NCBI GenBank assembly: GCA_030704615.1
Contig: CM060734.1
Coordinates: forward strand, 16,678,001 to 16,742,000
Source of the DNA: Takakia lepidozioides
Taxonomy: Eukaryota; Plantae; Bryophyta
Reading direction: 5' to 3'
DNA length: 64,000 bases
The translations under genes were made by a program, and so were the position numbers. How positions within the stretch are numbered: position 1 is the first letter of the stretch; the number at the start of each line of letters is the position of its first letter. Shown here piece by piece: positions 13,701 through 27,375 of the stretch. The notes beneath the pieces are model-generated. The model was not told the origin of the DNA, made no database searches, and saw only the letters and a list, made by a program, of their open reading frames with translations.

Positions 13701-14530
13701 GGCATATACAGGTGTATGAGGGTAATAGGGCATAATGCTGGTGGGTGTAGTTGGATGATTTGGAGGTGAGAGCGGAGGGGGATGAGTACGGTTATTTTTG
13801 TGGTTGTACTGGGAGAATGGTGTGTACGAAGAATACCTAGTGCGACACCTCCTCTAGCAGGTTTGTATGGTTCCAAACGGCGTGAGAGACATTGTTGGGC
13901 TGTTGGGGGGTTTCCATATAAGAGGTAATAATCTGGTAGTAGTTTATTTATGTAAGAACTGCTAGTATTGTGGGTGTATAGTTTGGTTTCTTGTAGGAGA
14001 AAGATATGTGGTTGCGAGGATTCGGTGAAAAGATGGAGTAGACTTTGGATACTTGTGGCTAGGGATCCCACGTTCCAAGAGGTGATAGTGAGTGCGTTAA
14101 GGCCATCTCCCAGGGTGGTGGGTACGTGGTTGGAAGGGGGGGTACCTCGGTTGGAGTTGCTACTGTGGGGGGATCGTATCCGGGTATCGAGGTGATGGCT
14201 TTAAGTGTGGCAGAGAGGATATATGGGGAGAGGAAGGGGAATTTATTGGTGTTTAGGTGGTGGGTTTGATCGGGCGGAGGAAATGTTGTGAGATGGTCCC
14301 CTAGAATTTTATGTACCACTCCGGTTTTGAAATCTAAGAGGTTGAGAGAGCTGTGGATCTCGGATAAGTAGTGTGGAGGGGCCAAATAGTTGTGAGGAGT
14401 GGGGGCAGCTTTTATAATTGGTGTATGAGAGAGCGGATTTGCGAAATGGAGCAGGAGTGAAGATATCCATTACAAGTCTCGGGAAGGGGAGAGATAGTTA
14501 CGATAAGGGAGAAGAGGAGTTGTGATGTGG
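10715..14530 (-). mobile_element. Degenerate L1-type LINE remnant (APE endonuclease and downstream region), interrupted by a CACTA element
   Basis: 13658-14385 encodes WNVGSLATSIQSLLHL..PHIFLLQETKL..GGVALG (APE motifs) and APPHYLS..GVVHKILG..NKFPFLS, matching 26668-27414; outer boundaries approximate. Confidence 0.7.
11637..12762. mobile_element. Non-autonomous CACTA (En/Spm) DNA transposon
   Basis: Right end TAGTAGTG (reverse complement CACTACTA); left end CTCTACA (mutated CACTA); both ends continue into G6-8TTTAGCGAT; 3-bp TSD ATA at 11634-11636 and 12763-12765; dense gcgacg/cgtcgc subterminal repeats. Confidence 0.85.
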
Positions 14531-15470
14531 GGAAGTTTTTGAGTTTGTGGAGGCCCGAGGGCTTACAACTCGAGGGGGCGGAGCTCCGCCTCCCCGCTAG
14601 ACTCTCCAACTTCTGTTAGTTATGACTAACTTTTAGGGATCTGATATCTTCCCCCCGCCTCCCCCCCCCGCTCATTTTGGACCTATTTTTAGCGCCTCCG
14701 CTACTCTGGCCTCTTTGCTATCTTAGCTTCACCCGTCGCCATGGTTTGTGTCCCGGCTCATTGTGTTACTCTGCTGCTTCTCCATCGCGTGGATCTCAAG
14801 TTCAAACATGCCCTATACCGGCTCTTTCTTGCGCTCCTTTTGAGCTTTACAGCAACTGATTCCAAGCTCTACTTCGCCTCCCAGCTCACTCAAGGATCCT
14901 GCGAACTACGTCTCTCTGGGATAGATGGTGTGCGCAACCTGCTCTATCAGCCTCCATATCAGCTGTGTATTTTGCCGCCCACAACTACTCACACTCCCTC
15001 AACCGCTGTCAACCGGTTTTTCTCTCACACTCAGAAACCTTTGCAACAGTTATCTTTTCATTATCAAGTTCTTAAGCAACATATGTATTGTTTTCATATG
15101 AGGAGACAAGTCTCCTACAAAGCTCTCTACAAAGCTTACACAATCCAAACGTATCAGCACATGTTTGCCCACTACTAGCTTCACAACACCCAGGCCTCGC
15201 AGAGGCGATTCTACGCGATTCCCCGCAACGCAGTTGACTCTACATCGGGCCTCTGTTACTATTCTGCACCTCTCTCAGCACTGGTCTAACTACCCGGACT
15301 ACCTCCCTGATTACGAGCATCTCAACAACCGTGGCCCGTATGGATACTTCTTAGTGCTATCAGCCCCACTGGAGCTCTATCTACGAAACGGATCACCATC
15401 AACGATCGGGAGTTCGTCGTCCACCCCCCAGTGTCGGAGGGAGCTATGTGCTCTACCCCTTCCCCACCAT

Positions 15471-16211
15471 ACAGGGTGGACACTAAAATACCTCTAAAAT
15501 GGGTCTATGATTTTTTCATTCCTCTTTTATTGACTTTCATCTATACCAGATGAGTCACCAGAGAACGAAAAATTACCTCTGTAGGGGTTGACACTGGCAT
15601 CCTATCTATGATTTTTCCATCCATACCGGATGAAAAATACCAGGATATTAATTCGTTTTATTCCTCCTTTATGGCCTTTTTTTTCCGTACTGGACGAGGC
15701 TTTTCTTAGGGGATGATGAATTACCTGTTAGGATGAGAAACCGCTGCCTTGGATGATATGTACTGTTTTTTCATCCTAATGATGGACCTTCTCCAATTAG
15801 ATGAACTATTTCTTCAAATCTCCAGGGCCATCATAAGCTGCATTTTTCATCCAGTTCAGATGAAAAAGTTAACAAGTTCATCTAATTGGAGAAGGTCCAT
15901 CATTAGGATGAAAAAATAGTACATATCATCCAAGGCAGCGGTTTCTCATCCTAACAGGTAATTCATCATCCCCTAAGAAAAGCCTCGTCCAGTACGGAAA
16001 AAAAAGGCCATAAAGGAGGAATAAAACGAATTAATATCCTGGTATTTTTCATCCGGTATGGATGGAAAAATCATAGATAGGATGCCAGTGTCAACCCCTA
16101 CAGAGGTAATTCCTCGTCCTCTGGTGACTCATCTGGTATAGATGAAAGTCAATAAAAGAGGAATGAAAAAATCATAGACCCATTTTAGAGGTATTTTAGT
16201 GTCCACCCTGT
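15471..16211. repeat. Long near-perfect inverted repeat (337-bp arms, 67-bp spacer)
   Basis: 15471-15807 is the reverse complement of 15875-16211 with about 4 mismatches. Confidence 0.95.
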
Positions 16212-17200
16212 CATAATCCATCCGGTATAGATGGAAAAACAGGAAATGAACACTGATAAAACCGGCCAATTCCAAGGAGGGAGGGAGGGAGAGGGAGGGA
16301 GAGGGAGAGAGAGGGATCCCACCAACCAGCCCCTGGTATGGCAGTCCCTTATGGAGTGAGTGTGTTATGCACTCACCCCGTAAGGGAGTGCATACCAGAC
16401 CCCTTCATAAGGTTTCTCCCTCTTCAAAGTAGATTCCAACCCCCGGATAGTTTTACCATAGGGGCTGGAAATGCCTACTTCCTCGCCTTTCCATGTTTAA
16501 GGATCAATAAATGGGTGTCATGGATCAGCAAACAGGGATAAGAGAACACTGTACAAACCCACTCTAGACAAGTGTAACGCAGGATGGTAGCAACCTGTTG
16601 CCCATCTATACACCGTCCTGGTTTTAAGGCCAGTTTTTCCAAAGGTATGATAAGCACTAACATATTATATATGCATATTTGCTTAGTGGTGCTACATAGA
16701 GCAAAGCCACTTGTAGAGAGGTATGAAAGCATATAAGCCTAAGAGTGTCTAAAACTGATACAAGGCATCAGCTACAGGATACCATCTAACACGAGTAGAT
16801 CATGTAGAACGTATACACACACTCCTGCAGGTGGTTTTACTTGGGCCTAGCTCAATATATCAATATGAAGACAACATCCAAAAGCATTATGCTTACCGTA
16901 AAGACCTCCGTGCTTAAAATCACCAACAAGTTTTTGCTGGAGGACATATCTTATGAAGGTCATTGCTCCATATCTTTGTCATGGAGGGACCTTCTGCCAG
17001 GCCAAAAAAAACCCATGTTAGTATATCGAAATGATGAAGAAATAACCAGAAAGGAAAGTGGTAGATGGTGTGTACAAGAACCACCAAGTAGAAGATACTC
17101 ATGTCATGTCAAGACATGGACAAGACCCACTGGGGCACCACCAGTATTTTAACTGTCAGGAAGCGGCAGACTGCCTATATGGCGAAACCATGGAAACCAA
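15875..17200 (-). mobile_element. Non-autonomous PLE derivative with an inverted terminal duplication
   Basis: Shares GGTCTTGTCCATGTCTTGACATG (17091-17127), the GGTATGCACTC hairpin (16346-16397), the (GAGG/GA)n tract and GGATGA palindromes with 61270-63120; no coding sequence. Confidence 0.7.
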
Positions 17201-17541
17201 CAAAAGGATTGGCTTTTCTTCCCTGATCCCCCTGAGAATTTACAGGAAGCTACAGGGAATCTAATTATAATTTGTCACCAAGTTTGGTGAATTATGGAAG
17301 TGATGACAGACGGCATCAAATTATCAAGCCGGAGGCATTCGCGAAGGGCGATTAAATGGAATTCTAGCTCATCCAATGGATGGAAAAGGGAATTTCGACC
17401 TGAAAGCTGGATGGATGAAAAAACAACCTAGCGCCAGCTGGTCATCCATTGGATGGATGAAAAAACCACATTTATCATTATCTCCAAGGTATCCAGGGTT
17501 AGTAGTTTATTGTGTTCTACCGTTTTTAAATTATAGACTCA

Positions 17542-20089
17542 TGTAGGAAATAATAGTTTAAGACTATCCTTCACTAGTTTAAGAGGCCCCAAAACCACCA
17601 TAAAAGAAGAGCAAGCTCCTCTTGTTCTTCATCTAGACTCATTTCTTTGCTTTGGCCTATTGCTTGTGTAGTTAGTTTTGAGCTTGAGGGAGCTAGATCC
17701 TAGAGGGTTGGTGGCTCTCTAGTAGTAGAAGCAAGCATAGTTGAGAGCGGGATAGTCCTAGCTCAAGGCCTTGTGGCCATGTGAGGCAAGAAGTAGAGGA
17801 AGCGCTCCATGAAGTGAGAGACTTGAGGACAAGTAGGAGGCCGGAGGAGGACCAGATTAGAGTACAATTCTACCGAGCGATTTAGTACATCCCGAGCTCC
17901 AGCACTTGTTTGAGAGGGTGACTTACCATATTATCTTGACCTCTGAATTCAATTGTTCATGTGTTGTTTAAGCTTTCCCAAGAATGGACCCTATAGCATT
18001 GCTTGCTAAAAATTGATAAAAACTATCCCTCTCTCAAAGAGGATGTGTGTGAAGCCTTGTGTGCATGTGTGATGAGCACAGGTGAGAAGCCCCAAAGAGA
18101 CAGCCCGCCTTTAGGAATCCAACCCAATGACGTCAGGGAAGTGAGGGTAGATGTCCATTATTAAATTTAAGGAGAGGGCAAGCTTGCATGACGTGACGAA
18201 GCTCTTGTCAAAGTTCCATTTCTAGCTTAGTGGTAACGGCCATATTGCATGAGACGGCAAAGCTGTCGCCAAAATCTCCATACTATTAAGTCCATTTACA
18301 AGTTCATAAGCCCCCTGGCCATGGAAGACCATGGGAGGCATGATTTAAGCTATTTTGTAGAGAGCTGCCCAAAAAAGCAGAGCCCAGCACTAAAGTGCCG
18401 ACACCTTAGGCGCCTCTAGGCTGGAGGTCAACCAAGGAGGTTGCCTAGAATCGCCATGGAAAGGCGCATCTAACACGGGTGGTGCGGCCTTGCCCCGTGG
18501 GGGGAGTTGACCCCTGGAGCAAAGTACGGGTTGCTGGTACACTGCGTGGCAGCACCATGCGCCATACTCGGGCCCGCGCAGGAACGACACGAACGGCAGG
18601 GACGACGGAAGCCTGCTATTACCCATTGGCCCCACGCGGCGGCGGGCCAGTAACGCCGCGCCGCGTGGCGCTGGCCGCGGGGTATCGGTTTTAACCACTG
18701 GATATCGCGACGGACTCTACCAGGGACTACTGGTCCCAGGTACGGGTATTTTAAGGGGGGGTTTCTCCCTATGCCTTTGATTTCTTGTGCACTATTCATG
18801 GTGTTCTTCTTGCATGGGAATGAATGTATGTTTTAGCAAAGGATAATAAAGGGTTGGTACCATTGGATAGGCCCAATTGAAGCCATCAGTTTGATATGTA
18901 TCCCGGGGCTTGTGAAAGCATGGCTCGCGAAAGCACGGCTCGCGGGTGGATGCCATAGGCAGAGAGAGAGCGCCCAGATACAGGGAGGAGAGAATCCTTG
19001 GTAGGGGTTCCAGAAGGTAGAAGATGACATGTTTCAAATTCGTTCTAGGCTGGTTGCTTGCATAAATTAATCAGATTATATAAGAAGTAGGTAGAAGAGG
19101 CGCATGGAATGGACCCTTTGACCCATTGAATGTTTAATCATTGTTTAAACACCAGGGTGGCAAGCGGATGAGAAACTGATAAGAGGCGGATTTCATTCAT
19201 CTTGGCCCGGTGATTGCTTAAGTTGCTAATGCACTATTGATTGGGTTTGCTATAAGAATTTAGGGGCGCTCCTAAGGTGGAGAGCGGTTCCCGGATGCTC
19301 CCAAAACAAAGGGCATTCCCAAGGCACCTTGAAGGTAATTCGAGTAGTTCCAGGATCCTATGAGGGTTCTCTATTTCTACGGATTTCATGCATTTGAGGA
19401 AGGTTTTAATTATTTGTTATTTATTATTCAGCGGGGTAAATCCGCCTTGAACAAGGGATTTTATCCGGACCCCATAACTTCAAAATGGAAGTTTTAAGGG
19501 AGGTATTGTCCCCTTCCGCCGAGGATATTTGAAAGCAAATACCCGGCCGTTGGAGGGGCTTTGGACCAAGGAACGACCATTGGTTTCATTAGATCTCGGG
19601 AATCACCTAGAGGTTTGAATTGCTATCATTCACCCGATGGACTGACCATTGAGGTTGAAACTTTGGATCGCTCCAAGCAGGGGAGACCGACTTGGGAAAG
19701 CGGATCTGGTCCCTTCCTCGGAGGTAGGAAACTAATCCACCTCGAGATTTAGGAGGGGGCCATTGGGCAGGAGATAGATGATTCCCGTCTCCCTGGGGTC
19801 GGGATTCGCTTTGTGAAGGGATTTGAAGGTTCGTCCCGACTATAAGCCTGTTGGAGCTCAGGCATGTAGAAAGTAGTAATAAACAAAAACTTGGAAGGCA
19901 GTTCCGATTAAAGACATAGAAAACCATAAACAAAATGTAAGACTAGGAAACGCAAATCGCCCTGTGAAGTGGAGTTGTCAAGCTTTGCTTTGCCGGTAGG
20001 AATTTAGAATGTGTTAGATCCACTCATAGCTGCTGCGGACCCCTGCAATTACCGCAGTCGGGTAGGCAGTTCGTTGAGCCCAACCTACA
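17542..20089. mobile_element. Probable solo LTR
   Basis: Begins TGTAGG and ends CCTACA (TG..CA, 6-bp terminal inverted repeat); non-coding; no matching TSD found. Confidence 0.45.
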
Positions 20090-20266
20090 CTGCAACTTAC
20101 CACGACCCCCTAGGCTAGTATGCCGTCATCCTGGCCGCGTGCAACCAAGGCTCGTCACTCCGCCCCACAGTACTTGCTCCATCCATCAATCAACCCAGAT
20201 ACAAGCACGAAAGTGATGACAACCCCCAACTATTCAGGTACTTCCCCACCGCGCTCTCTCTCTCTC

Positions 20267-20299
<33 letters not shown>

Positions 20300-20498
20300 C
20301 CAAGTGTTTGGAGCTACCCCCACTCTCCCTACTATCCGGCCCTTCATGCTGTGCTCTATTAATGCTGCCCACATTCTATTCCACTCGGAGTATGGCCTCC
20401 CCTATCCCCTTAGTTCTCAATTATCTGTTTGTTATCTACTATCATAACTCTCACACCCCCCTGCTGCTCTATTTACCAGTACCTTATCCCTCATGCTC

Positions 20499-20679
20499 GA
20501 CAACCAGCATGTAGCCCAGTGGTAATGGACACATACCACATTGGATGTGGTTGTGGGTTCAAACCACGGTCTGGTGTGTCATGAAGGTGTCCACCTTTCA
20601 GCTGGAAGGCAGTAGCCCTTGTGGTGAAGTGACACCATAAGTTACGCTCCCTTCGGGAGGCGTCATACTTTTTTTTTTC
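20499..20679 (+). mobile_element. tRNA-derived SINE
   Basis: A-box TAGCCCAGTGG, B-box GGTTCAAACC, ACCAG/CTGGT acceptor-like stem, 3' stem-loop, oligo-T tail, 11-bp TSD CCCTCATGCTC (20488-20498 and 20680-20690). Confidence 0.85.
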
Positions 20680-22547
20680 CCCTCATGCTCATGCTATGAC
20701 CCCCCATGTGATTTCATTGCACTCAGCATACACTCCTCCCAACGCAATTTTACTATCTCACAGTTATTATCTCTCCCCTCCTACGCAGGTGTCACCCCCC
20801 ACTCGGGCTGGACCTAGTATGCATGCTCACTGTTTACCCCAGCTATCTGCTCAAGATATCTGCCTGGCTACATCGCTGCAACTTCCCCAATGTTCACTGG
20901 ATCACCCTGCTAACTACAACTTTGCAGCTACATTCAATCACTCCACCCAGTTGTTGTCCAACATCCTATACACTGCCCCTCTACTAGTTACCCTCATGCA
21001 GTATGCAGTTGCTATGTCAATGATTCTACAACTCGACACTATGCTGATAGACCATTACCCTGTGAGCGCCCTTAATTATTCAGGCTCTCAAATCTGTGTT
21101 CCTGCTCTCACACCCCCCACTCCTCACTCCCCCCCTATTTTTTGTAATACTACCTTGATATTTTTCCACATGTCCACGAGCCTTACTCTATCACAAAGAC
21201 GCCATGGCCATTTCAAATATCAACATGCCACTTTATTATTGCTATCCTCCACTCGTCCACCCACTCCACTTTGTCACCCTCACATACACAACTCATTGCA
21301 TCTTCATTTCCAACACCAGTTCACCCTAAATTTTCCATCCCAACCCCGCCAGTCGCTCATCCAGTACTGGTGCCCACTGGCAAGGGATCCTGATGCACTA
21401 ACTCCCCCCTCGGCTATCCACTTAACCACAATCCCCACTCCCGCATTATCAGCCCTCAGGACCGCCAGCCCTTATCAATCTCAACCACACCCTTCTCTAT
21501 TCAGCCCACCCTCAAAGCTATGCTCCGACAGCATTCCACAAGATTCCATCTAACTCACCACACCCAGATGCCCAATATTGGTCCCACACCCACCACCCTC
21601 CCCCTCTAAACATAATTCCCAATCTATGCATCCCATAACCTGCTCACAAATTCGCCTCCCCTTGACACAAACAACGTACCAATTACCAGGGCCCACTGTC
21701 CAGCCTTTCCCCACCCCCGACTTCTCCTTATACCCACCACTTCACACCCGCCCAAATGCTCTCCACATGTGCTCCTCACTCACACCCCCTCTAGCACCCC
21801 TCCTATCTAGCCCACTCCTCTCTCACCACACTCAACCCCCCCCACTACACCACATTCACTAAACGTAGGCATGCCACTCACTGTAACACTCACTGCGATC
21901 ACCTCCAGCCGTCGCTACATTCACCCCCACAATCATCTTGCGCCCATAGCCTTGAACTCACCCACTTACACCCTCACTATGTCAGTGCGGCAGCCTCATT
22001 ACTCATACAATCCACCCCTGCGACCACTTGCTCGGTTGATGGGCCACTCGTATCCTCAGCAGACACAAATGTTCGCTGCTCAGACCTATATCGCCCCTAT
22101 CCGTGCAGGCCGCTTCCCTTCCTGCGCATGCCAACCCCCGCCCTCATTATGCTTACCATCGCGATTATATCTACAAGCCTGCAGGCTGCCCCCTTAGCTC
22201 ACAAAGCATCTCGGTATTTACAGCCACTTCAATACCAACTCAAGCTGCACCACAAGCTGTACTATTATATTGGCCGCCCCCATCACGCTCACCATATCCC
22301 ACAGCCCTCCACCTCACACTGTCGCTATTCAATCCCAATTACTACGCTCAGGCAACCTGCCTTTCCGCTTCCCTTTGCTCGCATACCTGCCTTGCCTTGC
22401 CCAAGCCACCAGCTCTTGCCCACCTATATATTCTCCTCACCTCTCCTCCCTCCTCCACCCCAGGGCACTGATTACTGACTTACCCCTCGATTACCTATAC
22501 TCACTTCCCCTCTCTCACTCTCTCCTCATCTACAATCTCTCTGCAGT

Positions 22548-22609
22548 GGTAGCCCTATGGGGTCAAGTGACACCATAAGTTACGCTTGCTTCGGCAACGC
22601 GTCCACCTT
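22548..22609 (+). mobile_element. 5'-truncated SINE/LINE 3' tail related to the SINE at 20499
   Basis: Shares GTAGCCC..AAGTGACACCATAAGTTACGCT with 20612-20648; 12-bp TSD TCTCTCTGCAGT (22536-22547 and 22610-22621). Confidence 0.8.
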
Positions 22610-22833
22610 TCTCTCTGCAGTATATACTCTGATTACGCTAGAGCTCCTCCATCTCTCTGTACCCTCTATCTTACTGCACAAACCCCTCCCTCGCGAACTC
22701 GCATCTCCCCCATCCCCACTCATGTCTTCTCTCCCACTGTCTGCTCCTCCCCAAATCCCGACCAAAAAACAAAGCAGCTAGCAAACTGCCCATCCGTCCT
22801 ATCCCCTCCCCCTCTCACCTCCCTGCAGCAGAT

Positions 22834-24865
22834 ATGGAGCTCAAATTTCATGATGCCCGCAGTATTATCGACCCCCCTGCACCGAGCCTTCCCAATTCGC
22901 TGGTGCCCTCAACGAGCGTGCTCCCGGCCCCCGATCACGACCAGAAGATGATGGACCACGATGTCACGACACCCCCGCCCCACAGTCAAGACCAGTTCAG
23001 TAATGGCCCGGGCTCCTCCAACCACAAGGCCAAAAGGGCCTCCAGTGAGGCTAACAGTACCGACGACCCGACTCCATCCGAATCTAAGAAGCTGCGCAAT
23101 CACCTGCAAGACACCCAAGAGCTACTGAACCAAGAAATCAGCAGCGAAAAGAAAGCCCTCCACCTTTGGTACGGCTTCTAGAATATGGAGATCTAAGCTT
23201 ATGAAAACAATAGGCCTATTATTGCTGAGCACCGAACTATGGAGGAGCTTCTGCTGCTGGGCATCCCTCCCAGAGAATGTGACAAATTGTTACACTGCAA
23301 GAAATCCTTCCCATGGGTGCCGCAGAGGCTCTACCCTACCACCCGCCCCGATGGCCAAAGTGGTCAGAATCTGCATCTCACGCAACTGCCAAGCGGCACC
23401 ACGGTCGATCCTAGGTCACAGGGCTACCAGCCCACCCCTATCATGTGATGATAAGATTCGACACTGAGGCTGAGCTCCTACGATCGCTCGTTCTCACCCG
23501 GGCAACTCAACGCTTCTCGGACATGGACATAAAGCTGGGTAATGTCCTCTACTCCCCTATTTCTGTCTATTCCAAGCCCGCCACACAGATTTGGTCTGGG
23601 CTTCCAAAGGTCGAACTGATGCATCCCGAAACAGACGGTCTGGCCCTGGTCCGAGGTGACATAGCCTTTGTTCTGGAAACAGAACCTGGAGTCAAACTAC
23701 AAGGAAAAGTAGAGAAGTCATTCGATCTCAATGCATCCTCAGACATGCTGACGATACTTTACAAGGCACATGGGGGGTTATCAGTTGGCATATGGACACA
23801 CTCATAAGCCGCAGACCTATGACACATGGGATAATTTGGAGACCTCCACGTGACCAAGCCAATCAATCCCGACTCATCTTTTGGCTTCATCAATCTGGCA
23901 ACGGAAGACACCCGGACCAGAATTATGGAGCTAGGGATTCGCATTGATAACGTGCTCATCAAGCCACGCATCAGGATAAAAAATCAAGGCAAAGAACCCG
24001 TGGAGCCAACGTAGATACCATCACCGAGCGTAATGCGCTCACCATAGTGGCGAAGAATCTAAGCACGCTGCACCCACAACAATCCATTCTTGCCGAGCTC
24101 CACAATCTTTTCGGCCCTGGTAACATCACTCACACTCATTTTTGCAACATTGCTTTCTCGGAGACTTCCAAGCATTTGGGCATGCTTCATATTACCTGTA
24201 AGAACCCTACAATCTACACTAAGTGGTGTAGCAAGCCAGACTTCCAACTCCATGGCAAGTTCATTACGGTCACCCCCCACCACAACAGTATCAATGGAAT
24301 CGCACCGCCGGATCAGGAACTGCTCGACAAGCTGAAGGTCTCTAATATTAACCAGGCTCTGTTTGACACTGTTGAGTCAATCTCTATCCAACCTGCTCCC
24401 AGGCAGGCGGTAGGCCACGTCGAGTGGATGAAGGAAATTGACAAGAAGCTTGAGGCTCACTCCATCTCCATCAGAACTGACCTATGTAATGACATCAATG
24501 ATATGGAGCACAGGCTGTCTGCATCAGTCAACAACCAGCAACTTGCCTATCATGAGGATATGATATCCCTGCATAAATCCATAACGGATAACCTCGGCCA
24601 TAATCTGGTGAATTTTTATCATCATGTGGATCTCGTCTTTGCTAATCTCCCTAAGCTTCTAGGGCCTGGATCCTCGGATTCTACTCTACCAAGCGCAGGG
24701 TCCCCACAGCCTGGCCCCAACACAGTATTCAAGACCTTCTACCATGCTGCTCCAGAGTTCACTGGTCTGCTACCCGCAAGCCCATCTGCACCTTTGGGCA
24801 TTGGATCGGTTCGCATCCAGGAGCATGTTGACGAATCAACCCCGCCAGCCACGGCACCTACATAG
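22834..24865 (+). pseudogene. LINE ORF1-like region (RRM-like segments, coiled coil), disrupted
   Basis: Chain of ORF fragments 22834-23181, 23239-23448, 23445-23807, 24047-24865 upstream of an APE-containing ORF2 start. Confidence 0.55.
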
Positions 24866-25876
24866 CCCTCCGACTCTCTCCTCACAGGTGTAACGATGCA
24901 TCCACATGCGTAGCCACAACGGTCTCCATCGCGCCCTCAGCATTAGCTTCTTCTCTGCTAGAGTAGTTTGCTATCTAGTCTTGCTGGTATCGCTCTGCCC
25001 ACCCTCAGTTGTATCACGCTGGGACATAGTTTTTTCAAACCCAGCCGCTGCGTTCAAATTCTATATCACTTTACCGCTCGGGTCACACCCCACTCCTCCC
25101 TCTCTCGCTTCATCTTGCACTTCTAATCCTAACAGCTACATATCCATTAACATTACCCCTCCCTAACTCCTGTCTGCTATGGTTCACCACTCTGCCAGCA
25201 TACGTGACACATCCCGTCATCCCCTACCAACCCGTGCCCCAATCATATTACCCCCATTCATCGCCCAGTATACATCCCTGTACCCATTACTTTTCATCCT
25301 CAGCTCCTCCCCCCCCATGTCCACCACATGAGTCATCCCCCCCCCCACATAAAAATCGGCCCCCACAGTGTGGCCTGCCGCGCCACATCTGGCCCCCCTG
25401 ATTGGCCCCTGCTTCCACTTACTTATCATTACCCAGCTATGTCAAACCCTCTATGTCAACCCAGCTATGTCAACTCTCTAAGCCCCACCCTTCTGCATTC
25501 TGCCACCCCCATCTTGACACCCAACTTGATATTTATCACCCCATTGTCATACCCGGGCCCACCGTATCAGGTGTCCTTTACCCCTCCAACCCCACCTCAT
25601 AATCCACTGTCCGTCACTCTCTCATCTATACTAGTCCAGTCGACATCAACAACAGCAATCCTCCCACCCCGCCCCCCAAGGTCCACCCCCCCTCATCACC
25701 CACTCTAGGTACCCTCCTCTCCCCCTCCGTTTTCATCCCCCTCACCCCAAAAAAACATTCATCCACCGATCACTTTACATCCACCGCACCCTTACCTTAC
25801 ACCATTCCCTTCCGCCAGCCAAAATACCACTCCTACGCTCTCTCCTACGTGCCCAAGCCACTTATCCATATATAAA

Positions 25877-27375
25877 GTGCGTATAACACTCCCAACCCAA
25901 CTCCCCTGCGCGAAGTACCCTGCCACATGTCACGACTACCTCGCACGTCCACAAGCTCTCTCATCCATGCCCTTGCGCCATGACTTTCACCCATACCACT
26001 CACCTACTTACCCTATTTCCGCCACATCACGCACCTCAACCCTCACCCTCTCACAACCCACTATACATCTATACCACCCTCCATACAACGACCACCTTAA
26101 AAACCACTCTTCTCAAAATCACAACCCATTGGTTGAACCCTTATGCCATACAACCTCCACCAGCTCCACCAGCGCTCATAACACCACCCTCCCTCACTTT
26201 ATCACCCGCACCCCCTACATCCCACCTACCTCACATACTCACATATCTGCCATCCACAAAAACTTATCTTATTACCCACTGCCCTCATGGTCGGTACCTT
26301 CAGCACCCCTAGCTTCCAAACACTCCCTACACCACCCCCCGTCCCACTACAATAAATTCCGAATTACATTTGCATCCCTTATATTGTTGCGGTGTGGAGA
26401 CATCCATCCCAACCCAGGGCCTAATACTATTAATGATATCATTACCGAACTCCCCACCGATCCTCAGAAAAGATATTCACTATATTTCCAAACTGACACC
26501 CCCTCACTTACACCTGCCTATCAACATCTCTATGCTCACTTCTCTCCCTTTCTCCCTCACCTATGTACCACTAACCATCCACCCACACAACCCATTGCCA
26601 CCTTCGGCCCCCCAACTACTAATACCTAGCACTTGCCAAAGTTACCCGCGACCTCAAAGACCACCCCTTGCAACACCTTCTATTCTCCCTAATCATCATC
26701 ATCTCCCCATTACCCACGGTTTGCAATGACTACATTGAGGCCCATAACGATGCACATGTGTGCGCACTCCTACTAAAACTCCAAAACCTACCAGCACAGT
26801 CTCACCAATATTTGGCCCCTCCACATTATTTATCTAACCTGCACGCATCACTCCATCTCCTACAATCCAAACCTGGGGAAGTCCACAAAATTCTCGGTGA
26901 ACAGCTCACAAACCTCACAGACCCTCAAACTATCCTTAACAAATTCCCATTCCTATCCAATAACATCCTAACCGCCACCATCCAAGCCAGATCCACCATT
27001 ACCGGATGCCATCCCTCTCCTGCCCCACCACCCTCACCCCCCTCGCCCACACCTGATCATAGTAGCGATCCCCCCACACCTACAACAGCCAATCACCCCT
27101 GCTCCGCTCCCTCCCAATTTACAAATACCCTTAACATAACCACATGGAATGTCAGTTTGCTTGCTACCAGCATTCAAAGTCTCATCCATCTCCTCATGGA
27201 CTCCACACCGCCCCATATTATTCTTCTACAAGAAACCAAACTCAATACACACAACCCCAATAGCTCCTATATCAACAAATTTCTCCCAGCCTACCACCTG
27301 CTATATGGGAACCCATCTCCGCTACACAATGTCTTAAACGGCGGTCAGCCCCATACCATCCCACCAGGGGAGGTG
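25877..27375 (+). pseudogene. 5' part of LINE ORF2: 2A-like peptide followed by APE endonuclease start, truncated
   Basis: LLRCGDIHPNPGP at 26384-26422; LNITTWNVSLLATSIQSL..PHIILLQETKL at ~27130-27245. Confidence 0.75.

Noticed and set aside
15545-15575. Hammerhead-like CAGATGAGTC..ACGAAA
   Set aside because: Core is CAGAUGA not CUGAUGA, the mirror arm has GAGG instead of GAAA, and no convincing stems I/III
20503-20575. Functional tRNA gene
   Set aside because: Anticodon arm is degenerate and the unit has a SINE body, T tail and TSD
20696-22500. Long Pro/His/Leu-rich ORFs
   Set aside because: C-rich low-complexity LINE-associated sequence with no domain signal
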